From a virus (lineage: Duplodnaviria; Caudoviricetes): a stretch of DNA of 28,706 bases. The position numbers were made by a program, and so were the translations under genes. Shown piece after piece: positions 1-8,282 of this stretch (positions are counted from its first letter, which is position 1; every line of letters begins with the position of its first letter). The notes beneath the pieces were generated by a model that was given only the letters and a program-made list of their open reading frames with translations, was not told the origin of the DNA and did no database searches. The stretch spans positions 1-28,706 of the IMG/VR virus record IMGVR_UViG_3300001866_000033, one strand, 5' to 3'.

Positions 1-2
1 TC

Positions 3-128
3 CACGGGGCCCTGCAAGGCGTCGAGAAGTTGACCGAGGGCCTCAGCAAGCCTGAGCCTCCTGACGGGGGGGTGCGCCTTCCCAACAGGCCAAGCGGGCA
101 CGCCGGGTCGTCTGACGGGGGGGTTTGA
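3..128 (+). CDS. C-terminal end of an upstream gene, probably terminase small subunit (5' truncated by the window)
   Basis: Frame 3 is open from the window edge (HGALQGVEKLTEGLSKPEPPDGGVRLPNRPSGHAGSSDGGV*). Its TGA (126-128) overlaps the terminase ATG (128-130) as TGATG, typical of translational coupling. TerS identity is inferred from position only. Confidence 0.55.
   Translation, partial: HGALQGVEKLTEGLSKPEPPDGGVRLPNRPSGHAGSSDGGV
61..73 (+). repeat. CTGAC-G7-T motif copy 1
   Basis: CTGACGGGGGGGT, inside the putative terS 3' end. Confidence 0.95.
112..124 (+). repeat. CTGAC-G7-T motif copy 2
   Basis: CTGACGGGGGGGT, ending 3 nt before the terL ATG. Confidence 0.95.
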
Positions 129-1840
129 TGGCGGTGGTTGTTACGCCATTCGAGATTGAGAGACATCCGCAGGCTCCCGTATTCAGCGAGGAATCAAACC
201 CAGCGCTGGTCCTCCGGCAGCTGGTAGAGGAGGTGAGCTCTGGGGGGAGGATGTCCACGACAGAGAGTGTGCGGCAGTTGCTGAGACAGGCGGGCCTTGT
301 GAATCTGTGGTTTTTCCTGAAGTTTATTGCGGGGTATAGCGGGCCGTACAATCTCTTGAATGAGGGTTTGCATCTGGAGGTGTGCAACTTCAGGCAGAAG
401 GTTGCGACGAAAGAAGGCGCAAGAACAGGGATTTATCTGCCGAGAGGTGCGTATAAGTCAACGATTTGTACGCATGGGGCTGCGCAGTGGAGATTGATTC
501 GGGACCCGAATCTGAGGATCGGAATTGCATCGGAAATCAACGACAGGTCCGAGAGCTTCGTGAAGGTGGCGAACTCGACCTTCAGAGACAATGAGTTTTT
601 CAGGTGGCTCTACCCGGAGCACCAGAAGGCCAACCGGGACGACACCACGCTGGTACTTACATCGAGAACCAGGAAGATGGTCGACCCCAACCTGCAGGCC
701 ATCACGACTGGTGGTTCGACTCAAGGGATTCACCTTGACGACGTGACGTTCGATGACCCGGTGGGGGACGATATGCTCAACTCCGACCGGAGTCCCACGG
801 CGGATATGTACCGGGTCACGAACTGGATTTACGATAACATGAATACGCTGCTAGTGTCGGTCACGAAGTCGAACGTGGAGCTCGTCGGCACGAGGTATTG
901 CGTGGATGACCCGTATGAGCCGACGATGGTGCACGCCAAGGCGCATTATGGGGATTGGGATGAGCTCGAGGAATCGGAGTATCCGGTCGACCCGTCGGGC
1001 CCGTGGGAAGTGTACTACAGGCCGGTCATCTGCCGAGGGCAGAATATCATACCAGATGTCATTTCAACGGCTGAGCTCGAGAAGATACGGGAGAATAATC
1101 CGTGGCTGTATTGGACGCAGTACATGAATCGAGCGAGGATGATAAAAGAAGGAGAACTCGGCGGATTCAAGGTCGGGATTGTCGATGTCGAGTGGAATCA
1201 GACGCTCGAGGGCTACGAACTCGTGTTCGAGGGCACAGGTGAACGGAGACAGCTGGCGGGGGCCTGCGTGGTGGGTGGGGCAGACCCGGCGGCGAGCGAG
1301 AAGCGGGTGGGGACGGGGACTTCGAGGTCCTCGGCGGGAGTGATTGCTCGGTTCTCGGATGATGTTGTGGTGATCCTGGAGGCGAAGGCGGGATTTGTGA
1401 GCCCGACGACGTTCTTCGACTGGATATTTGAACACGCGCAGAAGTACGGGGTGATGATGGGGACGACGTTCGTGGAGGCTCAGGCGGGCTTTAAGGCATT
1501 CATCCCATTATTAAGGAAGGAAATTGCTCGGAGGGGATCGAAGGTCGGGGTGGTGGGAGTGCCTGCGCTGGGGGAGAAGCAGACCACCATCAAGAATATC
1601 TTATGGCCGTTTTTGGAGCGGGGGAAGCTGTATGTGCGGAGAGAAGTGGCAAACGTGGTCCTCGAGGAGTTGAGGATATTCCCGTCGAAGCGGATGGACG
1701 TGCTCGATATGGTGAAGATTGCGGTGTTCAAGTCTTGGCGGCCTGCTGGTGGGTCTGACGGGGGGGTCGATTTCGACGACGATGAAGAGGACACTACGAG
1801 CAAGAGGAGACAATATGTTTCCAAGGTTTCGGGATATTGA
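128..1840 (+). CDS. terL: Terminase large subunit
   Basis: Walker A-like LPRGAYKST, Walker B-like GIHLDDVTFDDP, coupling motif VGTRY, RNase H-like nuclease acidic motifs GADPA and MDVLDM; lies directly upstream of the portal. ATG 128 preferred over TTG 125 because of the TGATG overlap. Confidence 0.93.
   Translation: MAVVVTPFEIERHPQAPVFSEESNPALVLRQLVEEVSSGGRMSTTESVRQLLRQAGLVNLWFFLKFIAGYSGPYNLLNEGLHLEVCNFRQKVATKEGARTGIYLPRGAYKSTICTHGAAQWRLIRDPNLRIGIASEINDRSESFVKVANSTFRDNEFFRWLYPEHQKANRDDTTLVLTSRTRKMVDPNLQAITTGGSTQGIHLDDVTFDDPVGDDMLNSDRSPTADMYRVTNWIYDNMNTLLVSVTKSNVELVGTRYCVDDPYEPTMVHAKAHYGDWDELEESEYPVDPSGPWEVYYRPVICRGQNIIPDVISTAELEKIRENNPWLYWTQYMNRARMIKEGELGGFKVGIVDVEWNQTLEGYELVFEGTGERRQLAGACVVGGADPAASEKRVGTGTSRSSAGVIARFSDDVVVILEAKAGFVSPTTFFDWIFEHAQKYGVMMGTTFVEAQAGFKAFIPLLRKEIARRGSKVGVVGVPALGEKQTTIKNILWPFLERGKLYVRREVANVVLEELRIFPSKRMDVLDMVKIAVFKSWRPAGGSDGGVDFDDDEEDTTSKRRQYVSKVSGY
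1755..1767 (+). repeat. CTGAC-G7-T motif copy 3
   Basis: In the terL C-terminal tail (SDGGV). Confidence 0.95.
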
Positions 1841-1856
1841 GTGAAGGAGGCCTAAA

Positions 1857-3983
1857 ATGGCAGAGATAACATCGGGGGACCTTGTTCCCCAAGATACCAA
1901 TTTTGTGGTCGAAGGAGGGCCCGCGCCAGGGTCTGACGGGGGGGTGAGGAAGGATACCCCGTATCAGTTTTCGGATGTGTTTCAGTCGGATGAAGATAGG
2001 GCGAAGTTCTCGGAGTATATCTGCTCGGAATTGATGGATGTGATGAATGAGCGGAAGACTTTGGAGGACCGATGGAGGAAGTGGAGGCTCCAGAGAAGAG
2101 CTAAGCCGGAGAAAGCTGTCCGCAACTCGCCGTGGATCAATGCATCGAATGTGGAACCGCCGCTGACGGCACAGAAGGTGCTGACGATTTATTCGAAGCT
2201 GGTGGGAGCATTTGCGGTGAAGAAGCCCCCGGTTGAAGTGAAGCCGATGAATCTTGAGGATTCGGATATGGCGGAGAGCGTCGAGAAGTTCTTCAAGATA
2301 GAGGCGGAGAGTCGGTACGGGCTGGATATGCAGAGGAAGTTCAATCGGATTGCGTACGACCTCGTGAGCTTGGGGACGCAGGTGGTCAAAGTGCCGTTTA
2401 CCGTCGACCAGTGGAGCTTCAAGAGACAGGTGGCGGGCGGTCCGGTGGAGCAGGTGACGTACTTGAGACATAAGGGGCCGGAGATTGTACCGGTGAGATT
2501 GGAGGACTTTTTTACTCGGTCATACTGGAAGGATGTGCAGCGAGCGCCGTGGGTTGGGGTGAGGTATCGGTTCTTCAAGCATGAGCTGGAGCAGTATGAA
2601 GCTCAGCAGATGTTCCAGAATATCGACCAGATTATCAACCAGCCAATTGAGTCGTACGACACCAACAAGGTTGAAGCGTTGAAAACTGCGGGAGTCGAAG
2701 TAGGGAGCCTCAAGAATGAGGAGTATGACCTGTTTGAGTGCAATGTATTCTGGGATGTCGATGGGGACGGGATTCCAGAAGATATTGTTGTATGGGTCGA
2801 GCCGAAGAGTGGAGTGATTTTGAGGTCACAGTTCAATCCGCTGAGTGTCAGGGATTATGAGGTTCTGACGTATATCGACGACCCAGACAGTCTGTATGGA
2901 GTCGGGTTGTGTGAGATGTTGGAGGATTTACAGGAGGAGAACACAGCACTTCACAGGATGCGGCTGGATGGGACGCAGCTGTCAATGCTCAAGATTTTCC
3001 TGACTCGGAGAGGTTCGGGGATTGATGACAAGGTTCCACTGGAACCGTTTATGGTGCTTCCGGTGGATGACCCGGTGAATGATTTTAGGGCAATTGACTT
3101 CCCGGATATCACACAGGGATGCATTATTTCTGAACAGATGGTGAAGGAAGCGGCGGACAGGATCAGCGGAGCCAACGACTATATGGCGGGATTCAATGAC
3201 ACCACGGTGAAGTCGGGGGCAACGGCAGCGGGGACGACGTTCCTTGCAGGTCAGGGTAATGCACTGCTGAATAATCTGCTGGCGAATGTTGAGCAGGCGA
3301 TGACGAATGTGTATGTGCTCGTGCTGTATCAGGCGATTGCCAATGCTGATCTGATGGATTTGAGTTTCCTGCCTGCAGGAGATCTGGCGGAGATGAAGCA
3401 AGTCTTGCAGCTGAAGATTGAGGATTTGCCGGTGAAGTTCAAATTCTTCGTGAGAACGACGGATATCAATAAGACTGATGAGTCAAGAAAGCAGGGATTC
3501 TTGATGGTCAGTCAGCTGTATAACCAGTATGTACAGCAGATGCTGGGTTTGCTGCAGGCCAAGGCGAATCCTCAAACTGCACAGAATGCAGAGATTCAGG
3601 AGCTGTTGAACTCGGCGCAGGTTGGGCAGACGATGATGATGGAAAAGATTCTGGAGTTCTTTGAAGTCGGGAATCCGGACGACTTCCTGCCGTTTGTGGG
3701 GCAGACCAAAGCCATGATGAGCGCAGTGGACAAGCTGAGGAATCAGCAGGTCCTTGCAATGAAGGAGCAGTTGAATGGAGTTGAAAGAACAGAACAAACT
3801 CAAGGTGGCGCTGGCGGCCAGATTCCAAATGCCGCCGGAGGTATTGGAGTCGGTCAGCCCGGAGCTGCTGGCGTTCCTCCAGTGGCAGCGCCGAATGCTG
3901 GTGGACAAGCTGGTGCTATGCCGCCAGCCGGAGGAATTGGTCCGGGCGCAGGCCAAGGTGGAAGTCTTGCAGGTGGAATGTGA
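1857..3983 (+). CDS. Portal protein (podovirus type) with a Gly/Pro/Ala-rich C-terminal tail
   Basis: 708 aa, follows terL, strong SD (AAGGAGG). Motifs typical of podoviral portals: PWINASN, WDVDGDG, YGVGLCEMLEDLQ, TAAGT. Confidence 0.9.
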   Translation: MAEITSGDLVPQDTNFVVEGGPAPGSDGGVRKDTPYQFSDVFQSDEDRAKFSEYICSELMDVMNERKTLEDRWRKWRLQRRAKPEKAVRNSPWINASNVEPPLTAQKVLTIYSKLVGAFAVKKPPVEVKPMNLEDSDMAESVEKFFKIEAESRYGLDMQRKFNRIAYDLVSLGTQVVKVPFTVDQWSFKRQVAGGPVEQVTYLRHKGPEIVPVRLEDFFTRSYWKDVQRAPWVGVRYRFFKHELEQYEAQQMFQNIDQIINQPIESYDTNKVEALKTAGVEVGSLKNEEYDLFECNVFWDVDGDGIPEDIVVWVEPKSGVILRSQFNPLSVRDYEVLTYIDDPDSLYGVGLCEMLEDLQEENTALHRMRLDGTQLSMLKIFLTRRGSGIDDKVPLEPFMVLPVDDPVNDFRAIDFPDITQGCIISEQMVKEAADRISGANDYMAGFNDTTVKSGATAAGTTFLAGQGNALLNNLLANVEQAMTNVYVLVLYQAIANADLMDLSFLPAGDLAEMKQVLQLKIEDLPVKFKFFVRTTDINKTDESRKQGFLMVSQLYNQYVQQMLGLLQAKANPQTAQNAEIQELLNSAQVGQTMMMEKILEFFEVGNPDDFLPFVGQTKAMMSAVDKLRNQQVLAMKEQLNGVERTEQTQGGAGGQIPNAAGGIGVGQPGAAGVPPVAAPNAGGQAGAMPPAGGIGPGAGQGGSLAGGM
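1933..1945 (+). repeat. CTGAC-G7-T motif copy 4
   Basis: In the portal N-terminal tail (SDGGV). Confidence 0.95.
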
Positions 3984-4041
3984 GATGGTGAAAGAAATTC
4001 TAAATAAGATGGAGGAAATGGAAAATGGCAGAGAAGATTGA
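3775..4041 (+). CDS. Small helical protein overlapping the portal 3' end (hypothetical)
   Basis: SD AAGGAG at 3762-3767 before ATG 3775. The 88 aa product has normal amphipathic-helix composition (ELVRAQAKVEVLQ) and bridges to the scaffold start. Confidence 0.65.
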   Translation: MELKEQNKLKVALAARFQMPPEVLESVSPELLAFLQWQRRMLVDKLVLCRQPEELVRAQAKVEVLQVECEMVKEILNKMEEMENGRED

Positions 4042-4882
4042 TGATGCAATGACGGATGAGAATGTCGGTGAAACTCCGGAAGTCAAGGCTGAAGGCGAGG
4101 AGCTGGACGTCGAGACTACTGGGACGAAGTATGTCGTCGAAGGCGAAGAAGGGGTCGAAGAAGAGTCTGATGACCCATTTGCCGGAATGACCAAGGAGGA
4201 AATGGCTCGGCAGATTCAGAAGGTTGAGAAAGACCTCGAGGAGGAGAAGAATCGCTGGGCTCAGTTGCTCCAGCAACAGAGGCAAGTCGTTCAACCGATG
4301 CCACAGATGCCGATACAGCCCCAGCAGCCGCAGGAATCTCCGGAAGATCGTGAACGCCGACTGAATCAACTGTTTCTGGAGAACCCAGCGAAGGCTGCGC
4401 AACTGATGACAGAGGAGCTCAGACAGCAGATTCGAGGGCAGGAAGTGGGTCCACTTGTGCAGGCAATGCTGCTGAATCAAGAGAAAGTGTCGAAAGAGTT
4501 GCTTGTTAAGGACCCTGATGACAAGAAGTTCTATGAAAAGTGGAAGGATGAGATTGAAGAGACGGTGAGAAACTTGCCTCCGGGGACAAAACTCCAGAAT
4601 CCTCATATTTATAAGGCAGTTCTGGAGAATGTAAAGAGCCGTCATACTGACGATTTGGTGAATGACCTGGTCGCAAAGAAGCTCAAGGAGTATGGGATTG
4701 ACCCGGAGAAGAAAACTCCAGTTGTTCCGAGCCTTGCGAACCGACAGACGGCAGCTCCGACGAGTCCGCAAAAGACAAAAACAGTCGTTGTTCCGAGATG
4801 GGTAGCAGAGGAAGCGGAAAAACAGGGTGTAGAACCCGGATTTTACTACGAAAGACTAAAAGCTCGTGGCTTGGTGAAATAA
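4025..4882 (+). CDS. Probable capsid scaffolding protein
   Basis: Acidic N-terminus, coiled-coil middle, short basic C-terminal helix-turn-helix (WVAEEAEKQGVEPGFYYERLK); located between portal and capsid genes; SD GGAGG. Confidence 0.7.
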   Translation: MAEKIDDAMTDENVGETPEVKAEGEELDVETTGTKYVVEGEEGVEEESDDPFAGMTKEEMARQIQKVEKDLEEEKNRWAQLLQQQRQVVQPMPQMPIQPQQPQESPEDRERRLNQLFLENPAKAAQLMTEELRQQIRGQEVGPLVQAMLLNQEKVSKELLVKDPDDKKFYEKWKDEIEETVRNLPPGTKLQNPHIYKAVLENVKSRHTDDLVNDLVAKKLKEYGIDPEKKTPVVPSLANRQTAAPTSPQKTKTVVVPRWVAEEAEKQGVEPGFYYERLKARGLVK

Positions 4883-4895
4883 AGGAGGATGCCAA

Positions 4896-5603
4896 ATGAA
4901 AGAAAAACAGGATACTACACAGAATATCGCGGCTCAAGAAGAGGAAAAAGGGTCCAAAACACCGAATCTTGCGAAAAAAGTGGTTGTTGGAACTGGATTT
5001 GACGTCGCTTCCATAGTAGAGTTGGACCAGAAGGGCGTAAAGCTGCTGTTTGAACAGACTTCAGACTTCCTGCCGTTGGCAGATGCGGTCGTCAAGCAGC
5101 TCTCGAAGGAGAATGCTCTTCGGTACAACCTAGCGAAGGAGTTCCATGAGTCTTGGAGGGGCGAAAAAATCGCCGAATTGAGCCGAAGTTTGTCGGTTGA
5201 CCGGCAGGTAATGGGTTCAGCGATGCAGAAATTGTCGCTGAAGGCCCCGAAAGACGTAGTGACCCGGTGGGTCAGGGAGGATATGGTTCCTTCCATGATT
5301 GCGCAGGGCTACAAGAGACTGACGCCAGACATGGCGGAGAGTTTCTTGGGTCCAACAGAGGGTCACTTTGAAATTTCGAGCATGGGGAAGACGGAACTGG
5401 TAGCAATGTACCTCCCGAAGAAGATTTGGGAAGAACGCCAGAAGGCCAAGGTAGAGAAAAACAATAAACTGGCTGGGGCGTGGAAAAAATCGGGGAAATC
5501 GGCGCTATCGGGAGTCGGTGGGTTCACGGAGGACGAGAAATTGGACGCTCCGTGGACGGAAATAGCCTCGGACGAAGGTTCCGAGGGCACAGCGGAGGTG
5601 TAA
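4896..5603 (+). CDS. Hypothetical head-module protein
   Basis: 235 aa ORF with SD AAGGAGG, tightly packed between the scaffold and capsid genes; no recognised family. Confidence 0.75.
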   Translation: MKEKQDTTQNIAAQEEEKGSKTPNLAKKVVVGTGFDVASIVELDQKGVKLLFEQTSDFLPLADAVVKQLSKENALRYNLAKEFHESWRGEKIAELSRSLSVDRQVMGSAMQKLSLKAPKDVVTRWVREDMVPSMIAQGYKRLTPDMAESFLGPTEGHFEISSMGKTELVAMYLPKKIWEERQKAKVEKNNKLAGAWKKSGKSALSGVGGFTEDEKLDAPWTEIASDEGSEGTAEV

Positions 5604-5604
5604 A

Positions 5605-6030
5605 ATGCTGAATTTGTATAAGGATGACTCGTATGTCGAGACGGAGGAATACCTTGCCGACGGTGCGATCACTGCGGGAGCTCCAGTCTATCTGGAAGCC
5701 GCGGCCAGTGCTTCAGGGACGCCGAAGGTCAAGGTCATTACGGGCGGGGCAGCTACAACAAGCGTGATTTACGGTGTGGCGCTCACCACGGTGTCTGACG
5801 GGGGGGTTGTGCAGGTTATCCCTGTTAAACAGGGGCAGGTCTGGTCTGCGGAATCTGCGGCGGCAACCGATGCGACGAAGGCTGCTGCAGCAACCAACTA
5901 CCTCGACACGAATCTGAAGGTAGCAACGGGTGGGACGATCACCAACAACGGCGCAATTCCGTTTGTCGTGGGTGTTCTGGATTCCACACATTATCTCATC
6001 CGCATTCGCAGAAGCGTAATGCAGTTCTAG
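5605..6030 (+). CDS. Probable capsid decoration/cement protein
   Basis: 141 aa, Ala/Thr/Gly/Val-rich beta-type sequence (ITAGAPVYL, IYGVAL) directly upstream of the major capsid gene; SD GGAGG. Confidence 0.6.
   Translation: MLNLYKDDSYVETEEYLADGAITAGAPVYLEAAASASGTPKVKVITGGAATTSVIYGVALTTVSDGGVVQVIPVKQGQVWSAESAAATDATKAAAATNYLDTNLKVATGGTITNNGAIPFVVGVLDSTHYLIRIRRSVMQF
5795..5807 (+). repeat. CTGAC-G7-T motif copy 5
   Basis: In the decoration gene (SDGGV). Confidence 0.95.
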
Positions 6031-6045
6031 TGAAGGAGGAATAAC

Positions 6046-7023
6046 ATGGCAAGCAATGGAATTGCGGTACGAGGTGGCTATCCTTATCAATTTGATAAGG
6101 AAATTGCGAAAATGGTCATCGGTAAATACGCCGATTATCCCAAGGAATACACGCAGATTGCGAAGATTGAGACCTTCCCGACAAAGGGCAAAACCTACAC
6201 CGAGGCGGAGTTCACTGGTCTTGGCAATATGCGGGCAATGGCAGAGGGTGAGGCCATCAGCTTTGATGTGCCGGAGGAAGGTCACAAGAAGTCTATCCAG
6301 GCTGTGAAATATGGTCTCGGATTCCAGCGAACTGAGGAAATGGATGCCGACGAGCTGTTTGGCATGATGAAATCAGTTCCGCAGAGTCTGTCGAGAAGTG
6401 CAGCAGCGTGCCTCGAGACGAATTTCTGGAACCTGTTTAACAACGGGTTCTCGACGGTTACTGCATGGGACGGGAAGCCAGTGTTCGCCAGCAACCACGT
6501 AACGCTGAAATCGGGCGATACCATTAACAATGCTGCTGCGGCGGACTTAAGTGCGACGACTCTACAGGCAGCGTTCGAGTATTTCGACAGCGTGGTCGAC
6601 GAGAATGGCATCAAGCTCCAGATCAAACCCTCGAAGCTCGTGATACCAACCAGTCTGAAATGGTTGGCGTATTCGCTACTCACGGCGACTGGTTATGTCT
6701 GGTCGTACTCCGACTGGACGAAGGGCATCGTGAGTGATGGAGTTAATTCTCATGCTCCTGCGACGGGGCCATTCAAGAACCAGTTCAATCCGAGTACGGG
6801 AGTGGTGGATGCGTGGTCAGTGTTTGTCTCGAGATATCTGACGGACCCCGATGCGTGGTTCCTCCTGTCGGACGAGCACGACTTCCGGTTCTACTGGAAG
6901 AAGAAACCCACGATGTCACAAGCTCCGGATTTCAAGACTGACAACATGATGTACAAACTGGTGATGCGCTTTGCGGTTGGAGTGTTCGACTACAAAGCTG
7001 CCTACGGTTCAGCTGGAGCGTGA
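6046..7023 (+). CDS. Major capsid protein (HK97 fold, Mu gpT-like family)
   Basis: 325 aa with signature segments EGEAISFD, KYGLGF, DGKPVFASNH, PSKLVIP, YLTDPDAWFLL and DFKTDNMMYKLVMRF; strong SD AAGGAGG. Confidence 0.88.
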   Translation: MASNGIAVRGGYPYQFDKEIAKMVIGKYADYPKEYTQIAKIETFPTKGKTYTEAEFTGLGNMRAMAEGEAISFDVPEEGHKKSIQAVKYGLGFQRTEEMDADELFGMMKSVPQSLSRSAAACLETNFWNLFNNGFSTVTAWDGKPVFASNHVTLKSGDTINNAAAADLSATTLQAAFEYFDSVVDENGIKLQIKPSKLVIPTSLKWLAYSLLTATGYVWSYSDWTKGIVSDGVNSHAPATGPFKNQFNPSTGVVDAWSVFVSRYLTDPDAWFLLSDEHDFRFYWKKKPTMSQAPDFKTDNMMYKLVMRFAVGVFDYKAAYGSAGA

Positions 7024-7024
7024 G

Positions 7025-7333
7025 ATGTGGGTGCATAAGACTCAGCCTGACGGGGCTGTTGTCTATGCGTGGAAGATAATCGGCACAAAGGACCCGATGG
7101 AGACTGAATTCACCGGGTCCTTGCCGAATTTGGTCTGGACAGACGAGCATTCGACTCCAACACCTCCAGAATCCTACGAAAAGTGGGAGATTGCGGTGTC
7201 TGAACATGGGATTCCGTACACTTCAGTCGCAGAAATCTGGGATACGTGCTACGTCTGCCAGACTGAATTTCCTATCAGCAAAATGATTCGAAAAAATGGA
7301 CATTGGTACTGTCAGGAGGACTATGAGCCATGA
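7025..7333 (+). CDS. Small hypothetical protein with a possible C-terminal Zn-binding motif
   Basis: ATG 7025 just after the capsid stop; CYVC...HWYC; stop overlaps the next ATG (ATGA). Confidence 0.65.
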   Translation: MWVHKTQPDGAVVYAWKIIGTKDPMETEFTGSLPNLVWTDEHSTPTPPESYEKWEIAVSEHGIPYTSVAEIWDTCYVCQTEFPISKMIRKNGHWYCQEDYEP

Positions 7334-8280
7334 CGCTACAAGAGATTGTGGTTGAGATTTTCGAGGCTCTTGGGGAGCCGTCGGAACTCGACTTCTGGAC
7401 AGACCGAGACTTACAAACTGTAAATACAAGTCATTTGGGGTGGAAAAAAATCGTTGATGTCGTGAATGATGGATGTTTGGCGCTTTCGATGTGGAAGTGG
7501 CCGAATGGCCGCCAGGTCAGATTCCGTCATCTCGAAGACACAGCTTACATGACCATGGAACCATTGAGCGGCACAATCAGTGGGATCGTCGGGAACTCAA
7601 TGGTCATCAGTGGACTCCCGACAGGCTCCAATCTTCAGGTCGGGAAGCTCGTGGTAGGCAGCACAAGTGGAGCCACAGGGACAATCCTGTGGTCCAATGG
7701 GACAAGCGTTGTCCTCACAAATGTTGACGGAACATTCGTGAACGGTGAGACTGCGACAGTCTATCAAAGAGAATTCCGGTTTGTCCCAGTCTCAAGTGGG
7801 TATGACCCGACGACAGTTGGGGGAATACCGTATTTTGCTGCAAACGGAAAGCCGCTGGAAGTATCACAAGTTATTAGTGTGACTGATGGGTCAAAACTCG
7901 CAGAAACATTCAAAGACTCAAGATTTCTGTATGCCGATACTTCTGTTGGCGTACCTACCTCGATGTATCGGATTGCTGGGGGCTTCGCAGTAGATGTGTG
8001 GCCGGAAAAAGGTCTGGCCTACATTGTTCGGTATCTCCGGGGTCCCAAGCAACTTGGTTATACAGATATTGCTGTTGAGCCGGAAATTCCTGTGCAGTTT
8101 CATCGAGGGCTGGTGTTGTATGGGATTTGGTGGGGTCTGCGGAGAGCACAGGAATCGGCGGATGCGTATGCAACAAAGCGAGACCTTGAGGACTTTATGC
8201 AAAGAACCCGTACAGAGTTTGATATTCACGATGATCTCAACAATCATCAGGCTTTCATGAGTCCTGAGGGCAGGAGTTAA
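7330..8280 (+). CDS. Head-tail adaptor / tail tubular protein A-like
   Basis: N-terminal MTLQEIV..IFEALGE and C-terminal PEIPVQFHRGLVLYG resemble podoviral adaptors; a central Gly/Thr/Ser-rich beta insertion; position after capsid. Confidence 0.7.
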   Translation: MTLQEIVVEIFEALGEPSELDFWTDRDLQTVNTSHLGWKKIVDVVNDGCLALSMWKWPNGRQVRFRHLEDTAYMTMEPLSGTISGIVGNSMVISGLPTGSNLQVGKLVVGSTSGATGTILWSNGTSVVLTNVDGTFVNGETATVYQREFRFVPVSSGYDPTTVGGIPYFAANGKPLEVSQVISVTDGSKLAETFKDSRFLYADTSVGVPTSMYRIAGGFAVDVWPEKGLAYIVRYLRGPKQLGYTDIAVEPEIPVQFHRGLVLYGIWWGLRRAQESADAYATKRDLEDFMQRTRTEFDIHDDLNNHQAFMSPEGRS

Positions 8281-8282
8281 GT

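Noticed and set aside
3854-4771. Long antisense ORFs (also 1794-2471, 19356-20198 and similar)
   Set aside because: They are shadows of well-supported genes on the opposite strand, with no recognisable motifs.
6971-7024. Longer start for the post-capsid ORF, or a capsid frameshift extension
   Set aside because: ATG 7025 with GGAG upstream is the simpler start, and I saw no slippery sequence at the capsid 3' end.
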